Below, one piece after another: positions 7,805 to 16,029 of a DNA stretch of 64,000 bases. The translations under genes were made by a program, and so were the position numbers. Position 1 is the stretch's first letter, and each line of letters starts with the position of its first letter. The notes beneath the pieces are model-generated. The model had not been told where the DNA came from and made no database searches. It worked only from the letters and a program-made list of their open reading frames with translations. Source of the stretch: a virus; IMG/VR virus record IMGVR_UViG_3300006187_000001, one strand, 5' to 3'.

Positions 7805-8086
7805 ATGAGCGAACTAGAACCTAAGCATTGGGATGAATCGATTGTAAGCATCTGCCCTGCCGACAATTGGTATGCAATATTCAAAATTTACGATGCGTAT
7901 CATGCCAAACGACTGGCTGTTTGGGCGGCTTGTCCGGGTTCTTCAAGCCCAATTCACGGAATTGTTGCTGATGACATGATCAGCGCGGTCTATGAGGAAG
8001 ACGAATTCGTCCAATATCTGCATAAGGATGAATTGGCGGAATGGAGGAGCCAAGACAACAAGCCACTTACACCGTTTCCAAGATAG
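7805..8086 (+). CDS. hypothetical protein
   Basis: 93-aa ORF with an ATG start, in an AT-richer region. Confidence 0.4.
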   Translation: MSELEPKHWDESIVSICPADNWYAIFKIYDAYHAKRLAVWAACPGSSSPIHGIVADDMISAVYEEDEFVQYLHKDELAEWRSQDNKPLTPFPR

Positions 8087-8305
8087 CTCGCTCAAAGGTG
8101 TCGCAACCTGATGTACTTTGGTTGCGTTAAAATCTGGAGATGTCGAACAGTGGCTGTTTCCTTGCGCTCGTCCAGTTGCCAGGATTGATATTAAAGGACA
8201 TCGAGCGCAAGAAGAAATCGAAAAAGAGACCAAATCGCGACGTCGGCAATTCCAACCGTACGCGGCGGTCAAGGCGCTGACATCGCCTGAATTGGTCTCC
8301 CGCCA

Positions 8306-8428
8306 TCACCCCGACCGCTTCTCAATCCCCTCTCCCATCTGCTCAAACCGCTCGAGGATCGCCGCACAGTTCTCCGGCGCCAGCTCCATCGCGTAGACGT
8401 TCCGCCCGGTGACGTGACCGGCGACCAA
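8306..8428 (-). pseudogene. C-terminal remnant of an N4/N6 DNA methyltransferase
   Basis: Only the last ~40 aa (LVAGHVTGRNVYAMELAPENCAAILERFEQ) resemble the conserved C-terminus of ParB-methylase type enzymes (..gR.~igiEl.p.y~~~a~~R~~). The upstream part of the ORF has no methylase motifs. Confidence 0.4.
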
Positions 8429-8480
8429 ACGTCTAGGCGTTGGCAAAAATATTCGCAAACTCTTGCAAACTCCGATATAC

Positions 8481-8508
8481 TCTAGGAAATAGAGTCTAGA
8501 AAATAGAG
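8481..8508 (+). repeat. Tandem 14-bp repeat TCTAG(G/A)AAATAGAG x2 upstream of the PadR gene
   Basis: Copies at 8481-8494 and 8495-8508 differ at one position; candidate operator. Confidence 0.6.
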
Positions 8509-8519
8509 GTTCATGAAGA

Positions 8520-8867
8520 GTGCGTAACCCAAAGTGCGGAGAAACAGAAGAAATCATCATCAGGGCCCTTCTCAACATTGACAATGAGGGTAGCGGCGCT
8601 GATATTCAGCGTGAAATTGCACGTGTATTAGGGCGAGGCTTTACTCCTGGCAATTTTTATGGCACGGTAGATTCTTTGATCGATAAGGGCCTCATTGAAG
8701 TCAAGCAATACGAGTCGCCTTCGCCGAAGACGGGAAATCGGTCGGTAAGAATCCTCGAGGTATCCCCACGAGGAAAGGAGGCAGTAGTAGCCAAAGAGAG
8801 GATGCGCCGAAGCTTCGAAGCTAGCTATTCATTCTTTAGATCAGGAGGATTTCCTAGTGAGACGTAG
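8520..8867 (+). CDS. PadR-family winged-helix transcriptional regulator
   Basis: IIIRALLN..GSGADIQREI....GNFYGTVDSLIDKGLIEV...R.L.VSPRGKE follows the PadR pattern; GTG start. Confidence 0.6.
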   Translation: MRNPKCGETEEIIIRALLNIDNEGSGADIQREIARVLGRGFTPGNFYGTVDSLIDKGLIEVKQYESPSPKTGNRSVRILEVSPRGKEAVVAKERMRRSFEASYSFFRSGGFPSET

Positions 8868-9462
8868 CGATTCAGATGAGATGCGCAGGCATAGAATTGA
8901 GGCTACTGATGCAGTGAGGTCAATCCGTCGAACGAAGAGACTGGCTAAGCGTTTGATGTCAACAAATAGAGGCACTTGCTTTAGAGATGTAGTTCGTGCC
9001 CTCTGCAATCCGCAGTTGGAAACCTTACCGCACCCGGATTTGTTTCTGATCGCCGAGTTGTCTCAAGACTTATTGGAACTGATCAAGTCTGTCCCAACTG
9101 AAGCTCAGGTCGAATCAGATTGCCTAAGCCTTCTTGACACGATATCAACGGCATTAGCCGACGCCGGCATAGAGCCAGATTCCCCCCTCACCACCCGTTC
9201 TTGTATCCCCCGGTATATCGATTTTTTGACATACTTCATGGGCTCGGATTCACGTCGTGACTACCTGGCAAGCGAAGAGCCGATTTACCAAGAAATGCTT
9301 GGGAAGTTTAGCCGGACTTGGGTGAACGTTCGGTTCTCCCTCAAGATTGGAATGGTCGGACTTGAAGCATTTCTAATATGGATTCGAAAGCACTTGGTCG
9401 CGATAGTTTCAGAGTGGCTTACGGCTAGGGCCCGCAACATTTCGGATCATGGCCAACAGTAG
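8857..9462 (+). CDS. hypothetical protein with a C-terminal hydrophobic helix
   Basis: GTG start preceded by AGGAGG. It overlaps the PadR stop and has a C-terminal IGMVGLEAFLIWI segment. Confidence 0.5.
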   Translation: MRRSDSDEMRRHRIEATDAVRSIRRTKRLAKRLMSTNRGTCFRDVVRALCNPQLETLPHPDLFLIAELSQDLLELIKSVPTEAQVESDCLSLLDTISTALADAGIEPDSPLTTRSCIPRYIDFLTYFMGSDSRRDYLASEEPIYQEMLGKFSRTWVNVRFSLKIGMVGLEAFLIWIRKHLVAIVSEWLTARARNISDHGQQ

Positions 9463-9635
9463 TTAGGAGAATGGGTTCATTCGCTCGCTCATTGACAGGG
9501 CGTAACCTGGGTGGCTCTTTGCGTAATCTGAGTTAAGAACTCAAGGCCTAGTGAACCACCATTCAAGGAAACCTACTCAATGCAATCCTCTGTTTTTTAG
9601 TGGAAAAGCACGTGACTTTCGTCTAAAATATCCGC

Positions 9636-10163
9636 GTGTCAACGCAGCCGAAATTGTGCCCACAGTGCGGAACTGCTCAAGATGAATCTGCACCTAAGTG
9701 CTCCCGGTGCGGTCATGATTTCTCATCTCAGCCAATGCCTAGCAGCAAGCCCACAGTCTCAGTTAATTCAACGTCAAAATGGGACCTCCTCAATCGGTGG
9801 GGAGTGCTCTCAATACTAGCGGTTGTCGTGATCGGTGGTTGCTATCTCGCCTACTCTTTCGCGATTGGCCATCCCCTAGCCGGGACTTGGCTTGCATCGG
9901 AGAGCTTTGGAACCGACGGCAAGATGATCTTGAGAAAAGATGGCACCGGCGAATTTCAGTCAACAGCCGTGTCAAATGGAACGCCGACGAGCTTTCGACC
10001 CTTTAAATGGCACACAGAAGGATCGTTCCTGTTCTTTGATCCGCTAGAGGCTTCAGACTCTGCGCCAACCACCGCCCAGCCCTACCGAATGTACGATAGC
10101 AACCGCTACCTATCGGTTTCAGTCAATGGTCAAGCCTCCACCTGGAGAAGAGAGGAAAAGTAA
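9636..10163 (+). CDS. zinc-ribbon membrane protein
   Basis: N-terminal CPQCG..(11)..CSRCG double-Cys ribbon, then one TM helix (VLSILAVVVIGGCYLAYSFAI), then an extracytoplasmic domain. Confidence 0.55.
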   Translation: MSTQPKLCPQCGTAQDESAPKCSRCGHDFSSQPMPSSKPTVSVNSTSKWDLLNRWGVLSILAVVVIGGCYLAYSFAIGHPLAGTWLASESFGTDGKMILRKDGTGEFQSTAVSNGTPTSFRPFKWHTEGSFLFFDPLEASDSAPTTAQPYRMYDSNRYLSVSVNGQASTWRREEK

Positions 10164-10166
10164 TCC

Positions 10167-10463
10167 CTATTCGATCGTAAGATTGCCCGCCAATCGCACG
10201 GGGATTTCCGGATTGTCCGTGATCCTGAGATAGACGTCATAGCGGCCTTTAGACAAAGTGACGGTGCCGGATGGGCCAACCAATATCTTCGCGTCGTAGG
10301 TTCCCGCAGAAGTGTCCCAGCTGCCTGCGAACCAGGTCGTCGGCGTCTTCCCTGGTGACACAAAGGCAAACTGCACGACGTCACCTGAAGGATCGAAGCT
10401 AACCATGTCTGGATTGGTAACGGTGACTCGAACGAACTCGAGTGACTGAGCAAGCATTTTCAT
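10167..10463 (-). CDS. phage virion/tail-associated small protein (last gene of the structural operon)
   Basis: ATG at 10463 preceded by GGAGAA; beta-rich sequence. The track ORF extends to 10562. Confidence 0.45.
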   Translation of the reverse strand: MKMLAQSLEFVRVTVTNPDMVSFDPSGDVVQFAFVSPGKTPTTWFAGSWDTSAGTYDAKILVGPSGTVTLSKGRYDVYLRITDNPEIPVRLAGNLTIE

Positions 10464-10653
10464 TCTGAAGGTTCTCCAAAGCTCCAACCAGAAGCCGGAC
10501 CAGAAGCCGCCCAGCTTGGAACTGGCGATGAAACGGACCAAGAGTTGAATGGTCGACCGCAAACCCAGGTGAGATCGCGTGAAGGAATTGAAGTCGGTCG
10601 CGCAAAATATCGCGGCGCGAAATAGCCGGGTGCAAAGTAGCTTGAATGAAACA

Positions 10654-11592
10654 TCAGGTCACGTCCAGAACAACATTAGATCGGTTGCCGACGCTGTCAA
10701 CGGTTGCCGAGATCCTCGTCTTGGACCCGTCTGTGCTTTTATATTCAATGTTCGTCGTCCCAGCACCCGTGTTGGTACCTGCAAGAGCTGATAGGCATGC
10801 CCGAAGCGCTTGGCGTACGGTAATTCCCGGATCCACTCCATTGGCGCCGTCGAGGATCGCCATGATGTCGTTTTGAAGTGCATCCACATCGGCACCAGTT
10901 GCGAGAGTGGCCGCCGCGATGGCCGTCGAGACTTGCGAGTACACCTCGGCCTGCGAGATGTCGTTCAGTCCATTCACTGAAGTTTGAAGCGTGTCCACCT
11001 TCCCATCGATCAATGAAGTGGTGCCGTCTATGGCTTCTACCGTGGCGAGCACTTCAACCATATCGACACCTTGCGCGGCAGTCTTCGCAGGATCGTACGC
11101 AGGAGTCAGGGCATAGCCGGTCTTGTCGTTGTTGGTGGCTACAGTGACGTTAAAACCAAAGGCAGACAAAGTGCGCGTCGCTGCTCCCCAGACCGCCGTC
11201 GCGATATCTGCGACTAGCGTCCCGAAGCCGGTCAGAGTTCGCGTGCCGACCGCCCAAATGTCCGCCGCTGAGTGGGAAGACCGTGAAGAAACAGTTGCAT
11301 TCACATTCTCAACCCACTGTTCGCCTATGATCCAAAGCCCCGGTACGTGCCTCTGATCAACTGAGGTGTCTGTCGTCTTGAATAGAAACTTATAGTTCCC
11401 AGCATTGGGTGTTGAGCCAGAAGGCAAGACGTAGTCGTAAAAGCCTCCTCCTACTTCGGTGGAAGCCTGACCAGAGAGAATTAGACCACTTGAATCATAA
11501 ACATCTACCGTCGGAGAAAGACCAGGCTTGGCGATGCCTCCCGATGTGTAGTGAGCAGTGACTCGAGCAGATTGATTCTTTTGAGTTAGCAA
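10654..11592 (-). CDS. tail fibre-like protein
   Basis: Gly/Ser/Thr/Ala-rich with a repeated motif (D/A)IWAVGTRTLTGFG / AVWGAATRTLSAFG, at the distal end of the tail operon. Confidence 0.55.
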   Translation of the reverse strand: MLTQKNQSARVTAHYTSGGIAKPGLSPTVDVYDSSGLILSGQASTEVGGGFYDYVLPSGSTPNAGNYKFLFKTTDTSVDQRHVPGLWIIGEQWVENVNATVSSRSSHSAADIWAVGTRTLTGFGTLVADIATAVWGAATRTLSAFGFNVTVATNNDKTGYALTPAYDPAKTAAQGVDMVEVLATVEAIDGTTSLIDGKVDTLQTSVNGLNDISQAEVYSQVSTAIAAATLATGADVDALQNDIMAILDGANGVDPGITVRQALRACLSALAGTNTGAGTTNIEYKSTDGSKTRISATVDSVGNRSNVVLDVT

Positions 11593-12357
11593 TTAAAACA
11601 CCTGCCAAATGCGATTGAGGTAGGCAAGCCATGGAGCTTGCTCAGCGAACGTCATCGTGCGATTAACCAAGATCAATCGTCCTAGTTGGACTTTGCCCGG
11701 GAGAATTCCGTTACGGTAGCCAAATAGCCTAGATCCGGTGTTGCTTGTCGGAGTTGTCGCATAGCTCGCCGAGAGGATGTAAGTCGACGCCGAGTTCGAA
11801 ATGTTCTGCGGAATCGTGACCGATGATCCGTTGATACTTCCGTTTGCGGCTAGAGGCGGATCAGTTCCAAAGCGATTATTAGACTGAGTCGCATAGGAGT
11901 TGTAAGTGGCAAAACCATACGCTATGTTGCCGGAATCTCCAGATGTCCATACTGTATCGAGCGTGTTCGAAGGTCCCGGAAACGATGTCCTAATTACACG
12001 AACCACGGCAAACATCGTCAGTTTTGAAGAGTTGCAGATCGTGGAGGCGTAATCGAGATAGTCGTTAGAGCCATCTCCCTCCGCCATCCCGAGACCGTTT
12101 TGGACGTTCGCTCGCCAAAGCGGTTTAAGGGACGCAGAGCTCTGATCGTGGTGGTAGCCAAATGGCCCCTGATCGCGAATTCGTCCGATGACTTGATTTG
12201 CGCCAGTGGCGTTGACCTGTCCAGGCTCTTGCCAAATGAGCCCTGACGTAGCGCCGGAGAAGTCAACATCAAGAAGGTAATCGGGGTCCTTTGATGGGTC
12301 GAATCTTCCTGAAGCGACCGCCAAAGGCCCGAGCTGTCCAAAGAGAGGCGTGAGCAT
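11593..12357 (-). CDS. phage tail/baseplate-associated protein
   Basis: ATG at 12357 lies one nt after the upstream stop. Beta-rich sequence; call is by position. Confidence 0.45.
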   Translation of the reverse strand: MLTPLFGQLGPLAVASGRFDPSKDPDYLLDVDFSGATSGLIWQEPGQVNATGANQVIGRIRDQGPFGYHHDQSSASLKPLWRANVQNGLGMAEGDGSNDYLDYASTICNSSKLTMFAVVRVIRTSFPGPSNTLDTVWTSGDSGNIAYGFATYNSYATQSNNRFGTDPPLAANGSINGSSVTIPQNISNSASTYILSASYATTPTSNTGSRLFGYRNGILPGKVQLGRLILVNRTMTFAEQAPWLAYLNRIWQVF

Positions 12358-12358
12358 T

Positions 12359-12694
12359 CTAACCCGCGACGCGCTGGATAACAGACTCGCGCTCTTGGGT
12401 CGCAACGGCGCCACCATCGGCAAACGCGACCAAATCGAAGGCTACGCCAATGTCGATCAGAAAGTCGTTTCGACTCACCCCGCCGCTTTCTTGTATGAAG
12501 CCTTCGCTGTCGTCAAGGGCTTGCAAGGAAGGGTCATTCGAGTTAAGCGCCATTCCAGCGCCATAGTCGCCTCCGTTGTTAGCCACGTGATACGCCTTGA
12601 GCTCTCGCGCAAGAATGATGGTTTGCCGAAGCTGTTGAGAAAATGCCTTTGCTTTTGCAGCGGCAACTTGCACGCGCGATTTTTGAACTGCCAT
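12359..12694 (-). CDS. phage structural protein, unknown function
   Basis: ATG at 12694 preceded by AAGGAG; the track ORF extends further upstream. Confidence 0.5.
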   Translation of the reverse strand: MAVQKSRVQVAAAKAKAFSQQLRQTIILARELKAYHVANNGGDYGAGMALNSNDPSLQALDDSEGFIQESGGVSRNDFLIDIGVAFDLVAFADGGAVATQERESVIQRVAG

Positions 12695-12704
12695 TGAAAT
12701 CTCC

Positions 12705-15700
12705 TTAAAGTGGTTCCTCGAACCATTCCCGTCCGTCGTCAGTGGAACGGAACCGCCGGCGTTCACCGTCGACCATCCCAATCATGTCTATAAAATGAGT
12801 CGCGTCTTCGACGATCTCGACGTCGAATGAGGCGTCGTCAAATTCGATGCCCCCAATCCCGTCTTCATCAACTGGAAAAGTGCCTTGAGACACTTGTTTC
12901 CCGCTGAAGATCTCGACGCGAACCTTCTGGTCTTCGGACATCACGAAGAAGAGGTCCTCATGAGTTCGTCCGTTATGTCGTTCTCTGGCGTGAAGCACGT
13001 TGGTGTAAAGCGGATCACCGCTGGAAGGAAGGGAGATCCATTCGTCCCCGAAGTCGTGAGATATCCGGCGATAGAGCTCGCCATCTTTGATCGCGATGGC
13101 AGAGAAGTATCCTTCGTCAGAGTTGAACTCAAGCCGCTGACCACGCCAGCCTGGTCCTTCCTCAATCACCCGTTCGCGAAGCGCGGACGAGTCCGCCCTC
13201 CATCTCGTTTCGATGAGCCAGTTCCCGTCGACGTCGGCCCACGAGACCATGTATCCGGGATGGGAACTGCGTAGGGCAATCCCACCCTTTCCAGGCTCGA
13301 TGAGCGGCACCGAGCCAAGCCAATAGACCGCACCAAATGACAGCGATTCATTGAGTTTCGCGTATTGGATCGATCCCGCTTGAGAAGGATCAGAGTATCG
13401 AAAGTGCAGAGCGTCACGATTGAGAGCCGCTCCTTCGGACGGAGATTTGTTCCCCCATTCCAGCGGCGAATACGCTGGCGGAAAGTGCCAATCGATGACC
13501 TGGAAACCGTAGCCGTTGTTGTTCTTGCAGTCGATCGTCAGATCCTGAGCGAACGATCCGTCGAAGGTCTCGCGCTTGATCTTTGCCGTCGCCGGTTTCG
13601 GTGTGGAAACAGCCAGGCCGTTCCCCCAAACCATCGACGCATGAAACATTGGCCCATCCCCCCACACGCCGGCGCGATCGCATCCAAAGAAGCCGGCGAA
13701 GAGGCCTTGGCCGATGAAATAGCTGTATTCAAGATCGAGGCCATCAGCCACGATGTCGACTTCGGGATAGAGCGTCCCATCGCGACGAATCGCCGGCTGA
13801 TTGATGAGCACGGGGGTGAGATTGTCGACCCCCGTCGTGACGAACGGCGACGCCGTATCTGGCCAAGGCGTGAGACCTATTGGAAAGGTCGACCGGAAAG
13901 CGTCCAATCCGTCCACTTCGCCATAGATTTGATACTGAGCGTTGCCAGTTCCAAGGAAGTAGGGATTGTAGGTATCACCCGTCAGCGCAAACGGATCGTA
14001 CGCATATCGCGGGCTCGATTGCCGCGCCTTCGCCTGATATCGGACTTCGCCGCCCCATTCGCTCAGCGTGATCGTGTTGTCCGCGAAAACAACGTAAACG
14101 CCGGATACAGACCAGATGCCGCCGAAGCGACCACTGGAATAGAAACTAGGATGCGCCGCCTCGACATTCTGTCTATCCAGGCGGGCGAATTCCTTCGCTG
14201 GTGTCCAGGTTGGATAAGGAGTCGGCGCACCGTAGAAAATCCTTTCGGGATTCGCCGTATCAATCCAAACCTTGTTCGTGCCCTCTTTTACCGAGACTTT
14301 GTATCCTTTCCTGAAAACGAGAATCCCAACCGGTTGGTCAAGCCATATTTCAATGACTCCCGCTTTTTCTGCTGTACACGTCACCGAGAGATATCGATAA
14401 GGATGGACTGTCCCGAAGGTAGAGCCAGAGAGGCGTGAGAAAAACACCGCCGACTGTGGGCCATTGACCAGAGTGTTTCCACTGATTGAGTATCCGGGCG
14501 CCGCGTAGTTGATCTGCCAAACTCGGCCGGGCGCACCTGGCTGCCTTGGCCAAGGCAAGCGTTGCTTCAGCTTGATGTTGCGGAGCGTAAATTCTGCATT
14601 CGCGTTTCTCGGTGGAGAGAGCGGAACAGGCACATTCTTAGCGCGAGAGTCTGGCCGCACCAATGGAAGCAAAGGCACCTTTGTTGGAGTTTCCCCTCCA
14701 TTGGCCGCGTAGACGCTCAGCCACGCGTTACCCGCGCCTTTCCACCTCTGGATGGGGGTTCCACCTGTGGCGGAAGCTCCGTTCAATCCACGAGCGTCGA
14801 TCATGACGCCACCGAGTGGATACTTCAAGTTTGACACCGGCGGATTGCCGTATTTCGTTCGATTGATGCCTGCGGCGGTGAGTCGTCCGTAGTATTCAAT
14901 CCACTGAAACGACTCACTGACCGTGGCTTCAAAACTGCCTGTTTTTTCCTCAACGACAGCGGGGTTACCCCCTCCGAATATGCTTTGCAGGAAGAGAACT
15001 GGCTTGCTTACTTCGTTGCCATCCAGATCCTTGAGGTGAAACTTTACCGAGTACTGCCAAGGAGACCACCACTGTTTGGAGATGAACGCAGACACTCCAT
15101 CGCCGGGGTTATCTGTTGGCGGACCTTGTTCAAGAACCGTCATGATCTTGCCAGGCTCGCTCCTATAGGATGCCTTTCGGCCGGGAGTGAGAGGCGATTC
15201 TTGCTCGTCCTCGATCACAAACGCGTCGTTAGCCTGCCCCCAATAGGAGTACTCGACGACATCTGTTTCCGAATAGCTGTAATAAACAATATTTGGAGAC
15301 GGATTGACCCCAATGGTGCTCCCGCCGCCAATGATCTGGATCAGCCCCGGAACGGTCCGTATGACGTTGTCGCCATATCCCCAATCACCGACCTTCGTCC
15401 AAGACCCGGCGGGAGAAGAAAGCGTATAGGTCACTTTCCACCGCCTTGGCGCCGGAAGATACGGCTGACCCGCGGACGCTGTGGTGTAGTCAGTCGAAAG
15501 CGCGCAACCCGGACCGCCTACCGACTGCCACAGGCCGCCAAAGACCTGCCCCGCAGATCCCGCGCCACCCTCGGCCGGGTCGACAGTTGCTACCCAAGTC
15601 TCTCGATATTCGATGAAACCCGCCCCACGAAACTCAAGTGTTGGTTGATCCGAAAACCAAGGCAGACCACCCGGGGGCAGGTAGAACGGATTGAGCGTTT

Positions 15701-15797
15701 GAGCAGGCGCTCGGAGATTTTCGAGGCCAGTCACCGTGTCGAGATAGGCTGCAGTGAAGTCCTGCCGATGACGATATTCGAAGACCGTTACTTCCAT
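12705..15797 (-). CDS. large tail/baseplate (host-specificity type) protein
   Basis: 1030-aa ORF in the tail module; no catalytic motif recognised. Confidence 0.6.
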   Translation of the reverse strand: MEVTVFEYRHRQDFTAAYLDTVTGLENLRAPAQTLNPFYLPPGGLPWFSDQPTLEFRGAGFIEYRETWVATVDPAEGGAGSAGQVFGGLWQSVGGPGCALSTDYTTASAGQPYLPAPRRWKVTYTLSSPAGSWTKVGDWGYGDNVIRTVPGLIQIIGGGSTIGVNPSPNIVYYSYSETDVVEYSYWGQANDAFVIEDEQESPLTPGRKASYRSEPGKIMTVLEQGPPTDNPGDGVSAFISKQWWSPWQYSVKFHLKDLDGNEVSKPVLFLQSIFGGGNPAVVEEKTGSFEATVSESFQWIEYYGRLTAAGINRTKYGNPPVSNLKYPLGGVMIDARGLNGASATGGTPIQRWKGAGNAWLSVYAANGGETPTKVPLLPLVRPDSRAKNVPVPLSPPRNANAEFTLRNIKLKQRLPWPRQPGAPGRVWQINYAAPGYSISGNTLVNGPQSAVFFSRLSGSTFGTVHPYRYLSVTCTAEKAGVIEIWLDQPVGILVFRKGYKVSVKEGTNKVWIDTANPERIFYGAPTPYPTWTPAKEFARLDRQNVEAAHPSFYSSGRFGGIWSVSGVYVVFADNTITLSEWGGEVRYQAKARQSSPRYAYDPFALTGDTYNPYFLGTGNAQYQIYGEVDGLDAFRSTFPIGLTPWPDTASPFVTTGVDNLTPVLINQPAIRRDGTLYPEVDIVADGLDLEYSYFIGQGLFAGFFGCDRAGVWGDGPMFHASMVWGNGLAVSTPKPATAKIKRETFDGSFAQDLTIDCKNNNGYGFQVIDWHFPPAYSPLEWGNKSPSEGAALNRDALHFRYSDPSQAGSIQYAKLNESLSFGAVYWLGSVPLIEPGKGGIALRSSHPGYMVSWADVDGNWLIETRWRADSSALRERVIEEGPGWRGQRLEFNSDEGYFSAIAIKDGELYRRISHDFGDEWISLPSSGDPLYTNVLHARERHNGRTHEDLFFVMSEDQKVRVEIFSGKQVSQGTFPVDEDGIGGIEFDDASFDVEIVEDATHFIDMIGMVDGERRRFRSTDDGREWFEEPL

Positions 15798-16027
15798 CAG
15801 TCCTCGATGTCAGCAGGAAAGTCGTACCCCCGCAATTGCGGCAAGGAACCATTCGGGCTTTGCGGATTCCATATGGTCCCATCAGCGTTATAGAGAATCC
15901 CCTTGGCTCCCTGTAGCCCGTTTTCTGACGCAGAGAAAATGGCGGAGAACTTCTCACCAAATCCATTTTGTCGGTTCGAATACATCCGCAGACCTTCTTG
16001 AATATCTCTAAGATCCCTTCCAATCAT
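15797..16027 (-). CDS. small tail-module protein
   Basis: 76-aa ORF tightly packed between two large tail genes. Confidence 0.45.
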   Translation of the reverse strand: MIGRDLRDIQEGLRMYSNRQNGFGEKFSAIFSASENGLQGAKGILYNADGTIWNPQSPNGSLPQLRGYDFPADIED

Positions 16028-16029
16028 GG

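Noticed and set aside
7943-8396. ORFs 7943-8272 (minus, 109 aa) and 8118-8396 (plus, 92 aa) as genes
   Set aside because: They overlap each other and the 7805-8086 ORF, have no motifs and a skewed composition. The region is better described as a degraded joint next to the methylase remnant.
10654-15797. Diversity-generating retroelement targeting the tail fibre genes
   Set aside because: No reverse-transcriptase-like ORF is present in the track, and I found no template/variable repeat pair near the fibre gene 3' ends.
13365-15893. Long plus-strand ORFs (13365-14438, 357 aa; 14985-15893, 302 aa) inside the 1030-aa tail gene
   Set aside because: They are Arg/Pro/Ser-rich, low-complexity translations antisense to a well-supported long gene. 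These are typical shadow ORFs of GC-rich coding DNA.
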